From Tubiluchus corallicola (Eukaryota > Animalia > Priapulida), in assembly GCA_030141605.1 (NCBI GenBank), contig JAQGDQ010000026.1, forward strand, positions 310,001 to 374,000: a DNA stretch of 64,000 nucleotides. The letters are read 5' to 3'. Numbering within the stretch: the stretch's first letter is position 1; each line of letters opens with the position of its first letter. Both the position numbers and the translations under genes were made by a program. A model generated the notes under the pieces. The model did not search any database. It had not been told where the DNA came from and was given only the letters and a program-made list of their open reading frames with translations. Shown piece by piece: positions 51,001 to 64,000 of the stretch.

Positions 51001-54000
51001 TGATTGATTCTACATTGCCATGAGTCGCCTACCATATTAGCTTAGTATAGGAAAATACAGACAATCTGCAAATTCGGACCGACATCTCTCCGCTTTTGTC
51101 CAGCAAATCGAGATATGAGTGTACTTGCAGACAAACCTAGAGATGCTTTCAGAACACCTACACTGGAAGTATAAGTGAAGCAATCGACCTTCATTCGTCG
51201 GTTCAAAATCTGATGTGAATTCAGAACTAATGAATTTAGGAATAACGTATCTGATCAAATAAGTGAAATAAGCAGTCAAGCTCAAATATGAATTACTTGT
51301 CTATACAAGAACACATATGGTTTAACACAGAATAATACAGATGGAAATTTGCATTAAGTGTTAAGAATTCTGATTAAGGTACTATATTCTACTCTCTCAG
51401 AGTGAAACTTCACGTTAAGATTGCAACTTGCTGTATGCCATTCCAGCACATTATTTTTCTGCAGTGTGTGATAGAATATTCAGAAAATTGAACTGAATGT
51501 CATTGAGTTATGCAGCCATACTGTAGTTGACAAATAACAAAAAAATAAATAAAATGCTTGACAAAAACAGTATTTGTTGGTAATTGAATGATTTTTTCTG
51601 ATTTTTGGAGCTTGTAAATTAATAAAAATACGCTAGCAAACTTACAGGATTCAGTAAGGTAAAATCTTCAAGTGGAACAAGTTTGAACGGATCATATTTA
51701 GAAGCTCGACGTCTCTTCATTCGTACAGCAGCAACTATACTGTAATCTTCCTCACCATTGTGCTATAAAAATAAAATGCTATTTTAAGATGACTTAGATC
51801 ACATTACCCATGTTTATAACCAGTAGTATCTTATTACAGCCACATGGCCAATAGCATCTTATTATTTATAGACCTGAGTTCGTTATTTCAGCTGGTCATT
51901 CAATGTTGGGTTTTAGGAAATTATATTTATCCAACAATTTTTACAGTCACTAAGATATTTCTAGTAATCATTTGCAAATTTTGCATACTAGCAGCATAAT
52001 TGCAATAGACCTACTTCCTGTAACTACTAATTGTTTTTGCCTAAATGACAATTATAGTACCTGGCATTGTAATAATCAAGTAGTTTAGCAATACTGAATT
52101 GTTATGTATCATTTACAAAAAAAGCTGTTTTGCTGCATCCAACTGATACAGTACTTTCACTAACACAAAACTGCATACTCGAGGTTGTTTATATACGGTC
52201 TATATTTACATTCATGTAGGCTCGCTCATCCCTATCCCATCAGTGAGATCCTAGGATTAGCAGTTTATAAAAGAAACATAAATAATGGTCTAAATATTAG
52301 GATTTCAAGTAACTAAAACAACTGAATGAACTTCCACATACAAGTTTTCCAAACCGAGAGCAATTTATAATTATTTGGTGTGAATTTGGCTTTAAAAGAT
52401 AACAACTATTACCTATTGGTAACAATACAACTTCTTTATCCATTAAGATGTAGTTAATAGATGAACGAGTCACACAAGTCTGTTGTAGAAAAAAGGTACC
52501 TCTATAGTAACTCCTTCCACACTATCCAAATCGCTACCATACATATCACGCACAGTCCGTCGACGTGGACGCATAGTGTTCTTCCTCTCAGCTTGCATAG
52601 CCAACTGTTCTTCTGGGCTCCGTTTCTCTTTTAGAAGTTTTGAGTTTGACATCCGCCCTTTCTTTTTTGCTTACAAAAGAACAGGTTGGAAGTCATTATG
52701 TAATGCTGTACATGTAGCAAAGGCAAATTTGAAATAATAGTATTTTTACTTATTTAGAAGCCTTAATCACCAACCAAACTTGTTCAACTTATTAAATTTT
52801 GCATTCTACAAATGTGCATTTTTGTTTTCTTTTCACAAATTAAATGTTTATTGGCAAAGACACTTGGAACTGTGTTTTTTTATTTTCATGAGCCTTAAGT
52901 GTGATTAAAAAAGAAATCAAATGTGAAAAAATGAAAAATTTTACAATAATTTACTACTGACAAGCATAATATGACACATAACAATTACACATGATACAGA
53001 CATGGCACTTGTATTTGAAATGATACCTACTACAACCAAAATTGATTGCTCCAATCTGCTCAAGATATGAATGGATTTGGCTAATACAATTGACATCGCA
53101 TTTCTTGAAACGGCTTCGGAGAGAAGTTTTGTTTAAGTAATGTGGCTTACTTTTAACCCTGGCAAAATATATAAAATGTTGATCTAGAAAAATATGCAAT
53201 TTTCAACCAACGCCCGATGTGACGTGCTGACAGTAACTGTCGTTACGTACATTACAATTAAACTAAATTAATGCACTGTGACATTAAATGAAGACAAGGT
53301 GATTTTTCATATACTACCCCTCTTTCGAGTATGGTAATACATTTTAATGCCAATAACACTGCAAAGGTGTTTCTGGTGATTAAATAGTAGATTAAAATCT
53401 TAATTAATAGCGGGCAAGCCCAACTATTGATGACATCAAAACGAACATAATTCTCAACAGCAGAAACATGTTGCACGTGTTTTCAAAAGAGAAAATTGAA
53501 GTGCACCACTACTGTAAGAGATTCAGTGTGTTGTACTAAAACTCGGCAAGCTTTAAGACAAAAATTTAAATTTCAAATTTTACCAGTGCTGAAGCATGAG
53601 CTGCGTAATGTGCACACTACATCACAAACGAACACGTTAGAACTGAGAGGTACCACACTTGTTTTTTGCGCAACGTGTTTCCGCAATACAGGCACTAGTG
53701 CCCGAGTAACTAGCAAATGCTGAAATGCATGTAACATATGCATTTATAATTGATGTTCTGCTGCATGTTACAAGCACGTGTATTACATGTCCAGTGTTCA
53801 TTATTAGTGTTTAGCACATAACAACAACAAAAAACAAGGTGGTCCTAAGTTGCGGAATACCAAGCATCATTGCTGCAACTTTTGGCATGTTACCTTAAGC
53901 TACCAACTTAAGGTCATTTGAGGTTCCCACAAATAAGTTTGTGGTTTTCTCAACTGACACTTGCTGTTTTCTAGTTAGTTATGATTATGCTACTGCTGTT

Positions 54001-57000
54001 TGGATTACAGTCTACAACACTTTAGCAGAACAGCAACTGAGATCTTTGCTATTGTAATGCAAAAATTTAGTTTAAGCTTCGAAATCTAGGAAAGTACGAT
54101 AAAGTATGGAAAGTATTGATGGCCATCAGCTGCATAGCAGTTACACCTTTTAGCAAAACAAAAATCTGCAGTATTCCCGCATGTGTGCACGCGTCACAGT
54201 ATGGTAAGAATTACTGTATCTATTACGCATTTGAAATACCAGAATTAATACTTACCACTGGTCTAATATAAAATTTCGTATCTGTAGATAGCGGTCTGGT
54301 GTTTTGTTCCCTTTTGCTTGAAAAAACTCAGGAAAAGCTGCTTTCTCTTCTTCCCTAACAAAATGTCTTTCCAGGATAAGCTCTGAAGGAGGAGGGACTG
54401 GTGGATGCACCAATTCTCCTTCACTGTCAGACATATCCTGAGCAGACCAGTTACTAACATCACTCTCACAACTGCTGTCAGGACTTGGCAAATTGCGTAT
54501 CTTCTTTGCAGATTTCGTAGAATAGTTTGACTTTTTCTTTTCAAGTGTGTACAATGTTTGCACTGTGGCTGGACGGCTTGTACTTATAAAAAAGTTATCA
54601 CATGTAGCAGTAGTTGCATGCTTTGCAGCACATAACTGTGCAACAATATCATTGAGCGAACGTTTGTTGAGAAACTTCTGACCATGTAAACGTGATGTAT
54701 TCATTCGAAGATCATCCACAAGTAAAACATCACTATCAACAGAAACTTTACTGTCATGTCTGCCACGAATATTTTCCTTAACTTCTTCAAAAGTATGCGA
54801 TGTTGATGGCACACCATAATTTACATTACAGTTAGGGCTACTGCTGATTGGCATTAAATCAGTTTTATGAACATGGTTTTCTGAAGTTGCTACAGTTCTC
54901 TGTGGAGATGAATTTGCAATTCGTAAATATTTACTCAGGGTATCACTAGCCCAGTAGTTAGACAAACGTTGACTTTCTGAAAAAGATGCCTCATTCAAAT
55001 GTTTGTACATAGTTGTTTGAGAGCCATTTGTGGAGACTTGTGGCTCATTTTCTAATTGTCTTATCACACTATTAGGTCCATCATCATCACGACTGTAAGA
55101 AGATGGTTCAGTCCCGCTTTGTGCAAAAGCTTTTTCAAATAGGCTAATAAACTGAGTTTTATTCATGTTTTTTACAAACTCTGTTTTATCAAGCTCATTT
55201 ACTGCAATTTTATCAAATGTGCTTTCATTCCAACAAATGTGAGTTGGAAAACTTAAATGCAGAGCAGAAGTGTTTTCATTCACAACTTTGTTAACGACAT
55301 CATTGACCACACTCAAAATACAAGATTGTTCGTGATTATCATCATGTTTCGTAAAAGTATCACTGCTGTTAATTTTAGACAAAGTTAGATCACCATCAAC
55401 ACATTGATCTTCAGTTGACAAAACAGTTATAGAGCCCGAGACTCTACGAGGAATGGCAGTAGATTCTGATTCTATGTCAACATCTTCGTCTGACTCTTCT
55501 GATCGAGTCACATTAAGGACCTCGCCACGGGCGACAAGAGCTGGTTCTTGTTGTGTCAAATACATCTTCTTTATTCTAGCTTCATGTTTTGCCTATTATA
55601 AATAACAACAACAATGAAAACCATATAAAATACTTGTTCCTATGCAGTGTGAAATATGTTTTATAATTATAAGTGATCTGTTAGTAATTGTAATTAAACA
55701 AGTTGACTGTCGGGTTTGCCACATTTTTACAGCAGTTCAGAAATAAAAGCTAATGCTAGATAGAACTGAGTGTAAATCACATTTCAGGAAAATTGGCAAA
55801 AAGCTTTTACTACAAAAATGTTAACAATATCAAGTGCACATTAATTAGCAAATAAAAAACTGACTACCATACTCACAAGCAGTAGTGAAACCTAATGAAA
55901 AGATAAATCAACAAAACATTATGCCATTTTTGATCAAATTCTACTATTGAAATTCTGATATCAGACATACTTTATGACAAAACTTTATTTGGATATTTGA
56001 GACCCTTTAGTCATCGTCATTATTACGATTGTTTCAAGTGACATTGTCCAACACACATTTAAAACAAAAAAGGGAAAAATTTGGAGTGCTTTAGTATCAA
56101 AATGCCTCTATATCACTAAATTCTTTGTTGAAATAGCTTATAAATTTACACTAATAAGTATAAAAAGACCTAATTATATATAATCTGCATGGTATATAAT
56201 TTTATATTACAGGCTTTTCATATTTGAAAGCTTTATCATAACTCATAATGTCACATCAAAGTAAATAGGAAAATGAAACAATTCACATGTCAGGTATGTA
56301 AGAGCCGGAGTGACTGAACAGTAAATAATTGTGTTCTGAGTCATACATGGTCATAAACAGAGTGTCTATGGGAAAAACGGTTAAATAATTAATAAGTTAC
56401 CTGAGTTTTAAACTTTTGATGCGCATAACTTTTTACTTGTAAAGCCGTCCTCGTTCCCATCATTTGAGCAATTTTAGTCCAACTACGACCATACAATTCC
56501 TATAATACAGAGAAACATTAAGTAATTAATTAAAACTGAAGTATTCCTAGTGCTACGTCAGTGGCAGCTGACATCCCAATCAACCCACTCGTTCATTCGA
56601 GTATCAGTACCAATAACTGATACAGTCAGCATGAACAATACATTGCACAACTATTAGTACTAAAATTAATATACAAAAATGATTTCTTGCCTACTGAACA
56701 ATGCCAATTTCTTTGTAATTCTGATCTAAACCAAACTGAATTATTTGGATTAGACCCATTGCCAAATACTGGACATTATAAACTTCAATATCACACTGCT
56801 AGTGACTACAGTAAATAGCTTCCAATACACTATCAATTATGAAAGTGAAAAGAAAGGGAGCTACTTGTTAAAAATGTACAGACCTAATGATTATAAGTAA
56901 AATGCCACAAAATAGTCATTTTACTTAAAGTCACAGAAATATTAAGCTAGGGATAGCTATATCATACAGTGTACTAAATACAATGCTCCAAAGTTGGATA

Positions 57001-60000
57001 ATGAACGGGTGCACAGTGAAATATTGACAATTAGTATGTGATAGTATCATTAGTTAGTTTTGTTTTTCCAGTCCGATCCAATACCGATATTTAACCAATT
57101 TGATGCAATCAGATATTGTAAAAATTTCGCGATATTGTATTTGTCGTCTGTGTATTCGACACCAAGGTTAAACACTTCAGTTTCACTTTAACACTGAGAT
57201 CAAAATTTCATTAAACTGAGATGATGAACTGAAACAAACTGACAACATCATTACAAGAAAAAAATCTAAAAAAGGGAAGATGTTAGCACTTGTACTTTAA
57301 CAAAATAAAACCGTGTAACTAGTGCAAATCATTAACAATATCCGCCACGCAAAATCCTATTGCTAAAAATCTAAACAATCAATTAATCACCTACAATTAC
57401 TAATTACACATTTTGCTATAAAGTTGCTAGCAGCTATGGATGAGTTAAATGCAGTCAGTATCTAATAATTTTACTTATCAGTGGCTAGACAGGTTTAAGC
57501 TTAGGTAAGGGTTTGAGTGTTCAACAATGAAAGCATAGTAGTGATGGGCGGTTTTGAAATTTTGTAATTCGATCAATCTTTTGAGGCGATTTTTTAGTGT
57601 TTTAGCCATATTTACCAATGATTGAGGTGAAATACAGCCTATAAACTTTCTCACGGCTTTCGTCGCTGTCTGCCACTTCTGTACTCGAAAACCATTTTTA
57701 CAAACATGCACACGTACATTCTTTAACTACTTTATGACTACGTCACTACACACATCCTGTGCCAACGAATTTGAAGCCTTCGGTTTGCATCACGTTCGCA
57801 ACTGTGTGCATTGTGTAAGGCGAAAAAAGCGAAGAAAAAACTCAAAGATTCTGATTATTTGTGCTAAAGCACTGCCTTTTAATCAGTGTGTAAAATGTAC
57901 ATTTTATGCTCGATTAATTGAATTACTGTTCAGTTGCTAAGTATACTGATTCATACATGGTTGTAATTCACTAGAGTGCAGTGAGTTGGGTTCATATGAA
58001 GGTTTATAAGTTTAAAATTTACAGAACTCACAGTGTACTGTATGTGGCTGAGCAATATGACTTACTGAACATTACATACGTGAAGCAATAATAATAATAA
58101 TAATAATAATAATAATCTTTTATTTATCTTTTAACACACGCACAGTTACAATACAATTAATTTAGCAACAAAAATGTGAAGGAAGGGCAGCGAAAGACCA
58201 ATTGGTCATCTAGTCAGCTGCCCTTTGGCTAGTGATGAACATTTTTTATAGGCGCTATGCTAGTGTATTAGTGTTAGTACTGCTTATAATAAATAAAGTG
58301 TTACGAATGACATAAAATTGATAATGATATGCTTATAATGTGTTAGTACAATTCATACACAGTAATAATAAGTGCATAATAATAATAAAAAAAATCAAAC
58401 TGAACATAACTGAAATAAGGACTGAAACAAGAACTGAAATAAAAATCTGACATCAGAAACATAATAACAACGGTAACTGAAATTTACTTTATAACACAAG
58501 CATAATGTAAAAAAAAAGCAAAGCAGGCAAATTGTGTTAGAAATTTTTACATTACTGTATACTAGAATTAAGTTAACATTATCACTGCTTTGTGGAAGCT
58601 ATTAAGTGATCATAAGTACTTTACCTTTTCTGAATATTTGGAGCTTCAACCAGATAAAAATCTGCCAACATTTAGGTCAGGAAATATCGGAATTTTGCAA
58701 AATACCTATTATCCGATATGTAATACATATATGCATTCAGATACTGAACACTAACCATTATATCATTGTCTTGGTTAGTATGTACAAAAAGGGCATATTT
58801 ACCATTCCCCTTAGAAACAGCTCTCTTTCATGTAATGTCCACATTCTTTTGGGAGTACTTCCTTTATGAACAGCTCCATATTGTGTACTGCCAAGAAATA
58901 AAAAATAAATGATCACATAATAGAATGATTTCACTAATTTACAGCAAAGTTTATACAAATGATGTTTGTCATTTATATGCTGCAGTACGTTTAATTAAAA
59001 TGAGAAATAGAGTAAATTGTAATTAAATGTGCAAACTGCAATTTTTATATGACTTCAAAAAAACCACATGGTGCAAAATTACTTTACCAAATTGCATAAA
59101 GGCAGTTTTGTACTTCAAGTCGCCAAATTTCAGAAAAATGACTGTTGCTTTTGGCCAAGATGAATGTACATACTGAACTTCTTGAGCAAGCTAATAGCAG
59201 CAATTTGTTATTTTGTTATTACTCAATTTAACTTGGAAGGACATAGAAATTGGGGGTCATAGAAGTTACAAACAGTAATATGTAAATGATATGTAACTAC
59301 CGTTAACTTCTGTATCTACTATAAACCAGTTTTTTTTCAGCTACTTTAAATTTTGTAATCAAAATAATATTTCACTCAGGTTCACTGTTGATTCTAAACC
59401 CTCACCAGTAAAACAAATTATAAACTATCAACAATTAGTAATTAGTAGTGGCAAATGTTATGATTGCCACTTGTTATTTGTTCAGTTCAATACTTGTTAA
59501 AATATAGCACTTCTGAAGAAAAAAATCATTTCCTCAGAAACAGTCATAGCTTTATATCATAAATTACAAATAGTAACATCAAATTTAATTTTATACAGAC
59601 CTGTTTATAGGTGCAGTCTGTTTTGTGGTAGTGTGTTTCAGGAAATCTTCAGGTTCCATGATAAGACCCTAGAATGAAACATCCAACATAAGTAGAACAT
59701 AAAGTGTGTAATCATTTATTGGTTTATTGCATTCATTCCAAATTCTGTTCTGTCCTAGTCATTGCAAATGTGATTCTACTAAGTAACAATACATATTCCG
59801 TGAAACTCTAACACTTCTTTGTGCAAGAAACAGCCAAAATAAGACAGTACGAAATAAGCTGTCAGAATAAAATTCAATTTAAACTGATAATACGTTAGGG
59901 ATAACAAGTAGGCTTGAAAAATTGTTCCTTACTATTATGATACACGAATCTTAACACTTTACAAAATACTTTACAACATGCAACACCCAATGCTTTCTTG

Positions 60001-62594
60001 GACCAAATAAATAAACTGAATCATTAAAGCTGAGTCGTTATTGCAACTTTAAAAATAAAGGAAAATACACCTGAGCCTCAGGCTGTTCAAGATATGCCCA
60101 TGGATGCTGTGAAAATTCTGGTAGGAGTGTTGCAGTGTCTAATTCCACTTCGCTTAGCACTTCCGGTGCGACTGTAGTTCTGTTATCTTTGCTATAATAG
60201 TAGAAAAAACATTAATTATTACAAAAATTCAAGACAGTGTGTAGTGCTAGTGCAGAACGTAATTTTCAAATTACAGTCAAAAATGGAATGATATTATACA
60301 AAAACAGTCATACTGGGATTTCAGACCTATTATTCTAATTTAATTGGCATTGAACATTAGCAATAGTCCGGGATTTTGGGATAGCTATGGCTGATATCCA
60401 AACCTCCATGTTGAAGCTCTTCTCAAAATTGCTGTAGTTTCGAGGAATTGGAAAGCAAAATTAAAAATAGGCATTACATAGTAATGAATAAAGATATTAG
60501 ATTTTGACAGTCGGTGTTTTTTTGATAAAAAAACAGTCTCTGTTGTAGTTATTTTAATTTGTTGTTTTGATTTGAATTGTATATTTAGGCATTCATTTGT
60601 TTAAAAAAAATTCAAGCTCAAGTTCATTATTCATACTATTCAAGTTCAAGTTTAGTGTGCTATTGAAATATTGTTTAGTGGTAAGTTTAGACAGTTAATT
60701 TAAAATAGAAGGAGGAGACATTGCGTTAAACGGAGCACAAGGCAATGAATCTGTAGATTTACGAAGTGAATTTGGGATTGCAAGTAACATTGTTAATAGT
60801 AGTACTAGTGATATTATTACTGTCATGAGAGGAAACAGCTGGAAAGAAAGAAATTCAGATTTGAGAAGCACTATTGGGGCTACTAAGTAAGCTGCTATGT
60901 CTTCAGATGCTAGAATGTTGTCTTGGAAGAACCAGGTGGAAAGCAGTGATTATGCCTAAGATTATGTTTGGTTGTGTTGGCAGAATCTTTTACCAAAAAG
61001 AAATATGCTTTTATGATAGTTTACAGGATTCGTTTGCAAGGAGGATTTGGAAAACTAAAGGTTGTTGTGGGGCTGCGACAAGAATTGAGGTTGGTTTTTC
61101 TTCTTTTGAGGAAAGCGAGACCAAGACAGGTTATAAATATTTGAACAGAATCTAATTTATGGATAGCGAGAGATTGGTTAAGAAAGTAATTTCATTTGCT
61201 GCAGCCAGTAGAATTGGATCTAAATGGGTCAGCAGGATAACCTTTCTAGCAGACAAATTTAATTTATCAGTGTATGGGAACATTCTAGCATTGAGTGATC
61301 TATCGCAGGATGGATTGGAAAGAATACCTGCTAAGAGTAAGGCTTTTTGAAAAAAAGCTGGGATAATTTGAATGAACGCGGAGTGAAAGAAAAGGGCTTA
61401 CAATTATGGCAGAATAGATCGTCAGCGTGCTCTACTGCTATTAGGTACAAAGGAATAAATCAAAGCCCTATTATGAAACCTGGATGAATGATATGTACGA
61501 TTCAGAACTGTTGGTAATAAAAGCAAAGATTGGTGCCCTGGAGGTCAATGGAAATTCCTTGTGTGAATGGAGGATAAATGAGAATGATAGGAAGTGTAAA
61601 TGTGGTTCAGAGTTAGAAACTGTAGAGCGCATTCTTCTGAAGTGCTCTCTCTACGAAAATGAAAGAAGAATGGTTTCATGAGCAGTTTCTGATGATGATC
61701 GAATAAATTCAATTTTATTTCAAAATACTGATATGGGTAGAAAACTAATCAATGATATAATGAAAAGACGTTGCACAAAGTTTATGTGCATTAAGAATGT
61801 TTTCTTTCTTTTTCAACCAAGTACCAGTTTTTGACTGCTCACCTTGATACAAAAAGGTTCAAGGCCCGGAATTGAACTGATTCATGTAAAACTTACTGAT
61901 CAAGAAAATAAAGAATGATTAATTATTTACCATGGCTACTTCTAATTCAGTAATTGACTTGTAGAATTTGTACTAAAAATAATTTCTTCACACCTAATTT
62001 TTTTCTATAAGATTATTGTTTAAAATGACAAATTAAGCTTTCCACATAAGTGTAAATCATCTGCTCACTTAAATCTTTTTTAAGCTGCTTTAGTGCATTG
62101 TACAGTTGATTTTCTATGCCTTATTATATTTCTTGTTGCTTTACTGAATTAGCAAATTTTATAATAATATGAAGCCTGTTGCATAAGTATGTTAAACTAG
62201 TGAAACTTTAATCGTAAAATAGTACAATTGTTTGTTTTCCTTTTTGTAAAAATGAAACATTGATCTTTATTTTCACTTAATATTAAATTTATTTAGCAGG
62301 ATTTGAAAAATATACAACGTTCATATAAAGTAATGAATAGGAGAAAGACTTGATAAGGTAAAAATAGTCACATGCATGCATGTAATTTACTAGGCCTATC
62401 TTATTGACGATAACCGTCGATAAAATTAATAAAGCAGTCACACCGATTACACAAAACTATGACCCTTTTTCAGTATTTGCTAGTGTCAGATTTGCGATGT
62501 TACAATTCTAACATGAAACACACCTAATTTCCCTTGGAAAATCATTAACAATATCAATATCATCATCATCTTCGCAAACAGAATTGGTAGCCAT
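45096..62594 (-). CDS. MYSM1: Histone H2A deubiquitinase MYSM1 (SANT-SWIRM-MPN/JAMM)
   Basis: Approximate exons: 62594-62524, 60191-60071, 59668-59601, 58887-58803, 56499-56401, 55592-54256, 53158-53031, 52669-52500, 51762-51646, 50333-50147, 49812-49685, 46734-46607, 46167-46007, 45215-45096. [43 protein letters not shown]; [22 protein letters not shown]...YLNKTSLR...[15 protein letters not shown]; [11 protein letters not shown]...[15 protein letters not shown]...[23 protein letters not shown] with intact JAMM residues. Confidence 0.95.
46401..46551 (-). pseudogene. Diverged duplicate of the MYSM1 terminal exon and proximal 3' UTR within an upstream MYSM1 intron
   Basis: Collinear with 45013-45174 (AATAAAGTTATT, ATTACTAATTAAACTGTGC, AACTGCTAA, TTAACGGCTTCTAGAG, GAACTCTTCA). 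Confidence 0.75.
50903..51026 (+). mobile_element. Fragment of the same MITE family as 3654-4432
   Basis: GGAGTTATTTGA.TCAATTAC...ATAGAAGCGGCCC...CGTTTTTGAG.CAATTA..TGATTGA matches 4292-4414. Confidence 0.8.
53422..53735 (-). repeat. Dispersed repeat, copy B (homologous to 22979-23305)
   Basis: The reverse complement aligns collinearly with copy A. Confidence 0.8.
58087..58225 (-). mobile_element. LINE/SINE 3' terminus: stem-loop plus (TTA)n tail
   Basis: (AAT)n run at 58087-58115; 9-bp stem AAGGGCAGC / GCTGCCCTT enclosing the palindrome GACCAATTGGTC. Confidence 0.55.
60700..61880 (+). mobile_element. Decayed non-LTR retrotransposon ORF2 C-terminus in MYSM1 intron 1
   Basis: Frameshifted ORFs [12 protein letters not shown]..., [10 protein letters not shown]..., and [10 protein letters not shown]...[26 protein letters not shown] (degenerate LINE C-terminal zinc knuckle). 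Confidence 0.75.
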
Positions 62595-62987
62595 ATTGAA
62601 ATAAATAATTTTTGCTACAGACCTGGCATTTTATACTTTGATTTATGCCCGATAGATGGCAGAAAAAAGCTAGTAATTCATATTCATATCTATGAGCAAG
62701 CTCTCAGACAGCCGCAGTTCTGCGAGCATTTAACACGCATAACCGAGACCGCCACCTTTTAAAAGTTCGACTTTTGACTTTTGAATACCCTTGCCCAAAA
62801 ATATAAAGAGACCTTCATTTACAGAAGTGTACAAATCGTGGCTGATCATAGCATCGTGTGTCGCACACCCTAGTAATTATTAACAAACATGCCATAATCT
62901 TTTGACTCGCTTTGAAGTACTGATTGTAACCGATAAAAATCGATTACAATTACTAACGAGCGATGCATTTGCACGATTGTAGTAACG

Positions 62988-63201
62988 TTTGGTACAAGTA
63001 AGTTTGGTACAGATAACTTTGGTAGGAGGAAATTTTGGTACTGGAAAAATTTTGTATTAGAAATTTTGGTAATGGGAAAATTTCGCATTGGAAATTTTTG
63101 GTACGTAGTAATTTTGGTACAGGTAAATTTGGCACTGTCATCTTTAGGTACAAGTAATTTTTGGTACTAGGAAAATGTGGTACGAGGAAAAAAATGCACC
63201 C
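62988..63201. repeat. 15-bp-period tandem array (core TTTGGTAC), ~13 units
   Basis: Units such as GGAAATTTTGGTACT, GGTAAATTTGGCACT and AGTAATTTTGGTACA; accounts for repetitive ORFs 62870 and 62953. Confidence 0.9.
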
Positions 63202-64000
63202 TGGAATGTTTGGCTTTAGCTTTGGTTTATTAACATCTATTAGTACACAAAAAGACATTCATACATAAAAGCAACAAGCACCGCGCCCGACATGTTCCTG
63301 TTTTCTAGAAATAGGAGGTATAAGTTTTACGAAAAACGGGCAAAAAAGTTCATATATATATATATTATATATGGTCCAATATATATATATATATACTGGA
63401 AAATATATACGGAAAAGAAAGCATTTATATAATTTTGTCTGTATAAAATAATTGTTTCAACTAGAAAATAAAGAAGTTTATTCAGTATTGAAGAAATTTG
63501 GTACTAAGAAGTGTGGTTTAATAAAAAGTTCAAAAAACATTAACAGTGCGTGGCAGGCTAAAAATTTACCCGTGATTATCCCGCCCATATATATTTGAGA
63601 ATTCTTTCGCAGTAAAAAATGAAAGGTTTCCAACTCACCATGCAAATTTTCGAAAAGCCCTGCAATTTATTTTTCCAGGAAAAATGATCACTCTCTGCGT
63701 TTTTTACAAAAATTATCAAACTGATATAAGAACAGGGCAGCGACGGCCGATGATCCATTCGTTCACAATTCTGTTTAGGGTCTACTATGCTCATGACTGT
63801 GACTATAGTAGTTTTATACTTCAGTTTTTCTCACCATTGTTTTTATCTGCTGTGTTGCTGTTTTTTTACGTGCTAGTATCAATTTATGTGTTAATAATAT
63901 AAACAAAAAAAATTCCCAAAAACTTGTTTATTAGTTTTAGTAATTCCATGTGACTTTTTTCTCTTTTCATCCTTTCTTATTCGTTTGAAAGTGAACTACA

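Noticed and set aside
51060-51290. Possible intronic C/D snoRNA or coding remnant
   Set aside because: No canonical RTGATGA/CTGA pair with terminal stem, and no recognisable protein motif.
58183-58225. Hammerhead ribozyme
   Set aside because: CTGA and GAAA core elements fall on opposite strands; no complete three-stem core.
62988-63201. CRISPR-like repeat/spacer appearance
   Set aside because: Period only 15 bp with 7-nt linkers, eukaryotic context, no cas genes.

Overview
AT-rich, intron-rich genomic DNA from an invertebrate animal (eukaryote; GT-AG introns, no prokaryotic features). I assembled six genes by hand from splice signals and reading-frame phase. (1) The 3' part of a SHOC1/Zip2-type meiotic crossover gene (+, ~353-22189). 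(2) An intronless, motif-degenerate class A GPCR nested antisense in a SHOC1 intron (-, 2252-3238). (3) A 5-exon, 335-aa single-pass membrane protein missed by the ORF track (-, 26604-29919); it joins a Shadoo/prion-like basic plus Gly/Val/Ala N-terminus to a six-Cys Shisa-like domain and a Gly/Pro/Tyr-rich PPxY tail. (4) CAMKMT with an uninterrupted ORF (+, 35386-36333). (5) A NAT16/histidine N-acetyltransferase-like GNAT gene (+, 37542-42242). (6) MYSM1 (-, 45096-62594), which carries a diverged intronic copy of its own last exon. Introns and intergenic DNA hold hAT and Tc1/pogo MITEs, a decayed Buster-type hAT, LINE 3' fragments, a foldback element split by a LINE, and mini/microsatellites. 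Homology calls come from remembered motifs rather than searches, and exon boundaries need RNA-seq confirmation.
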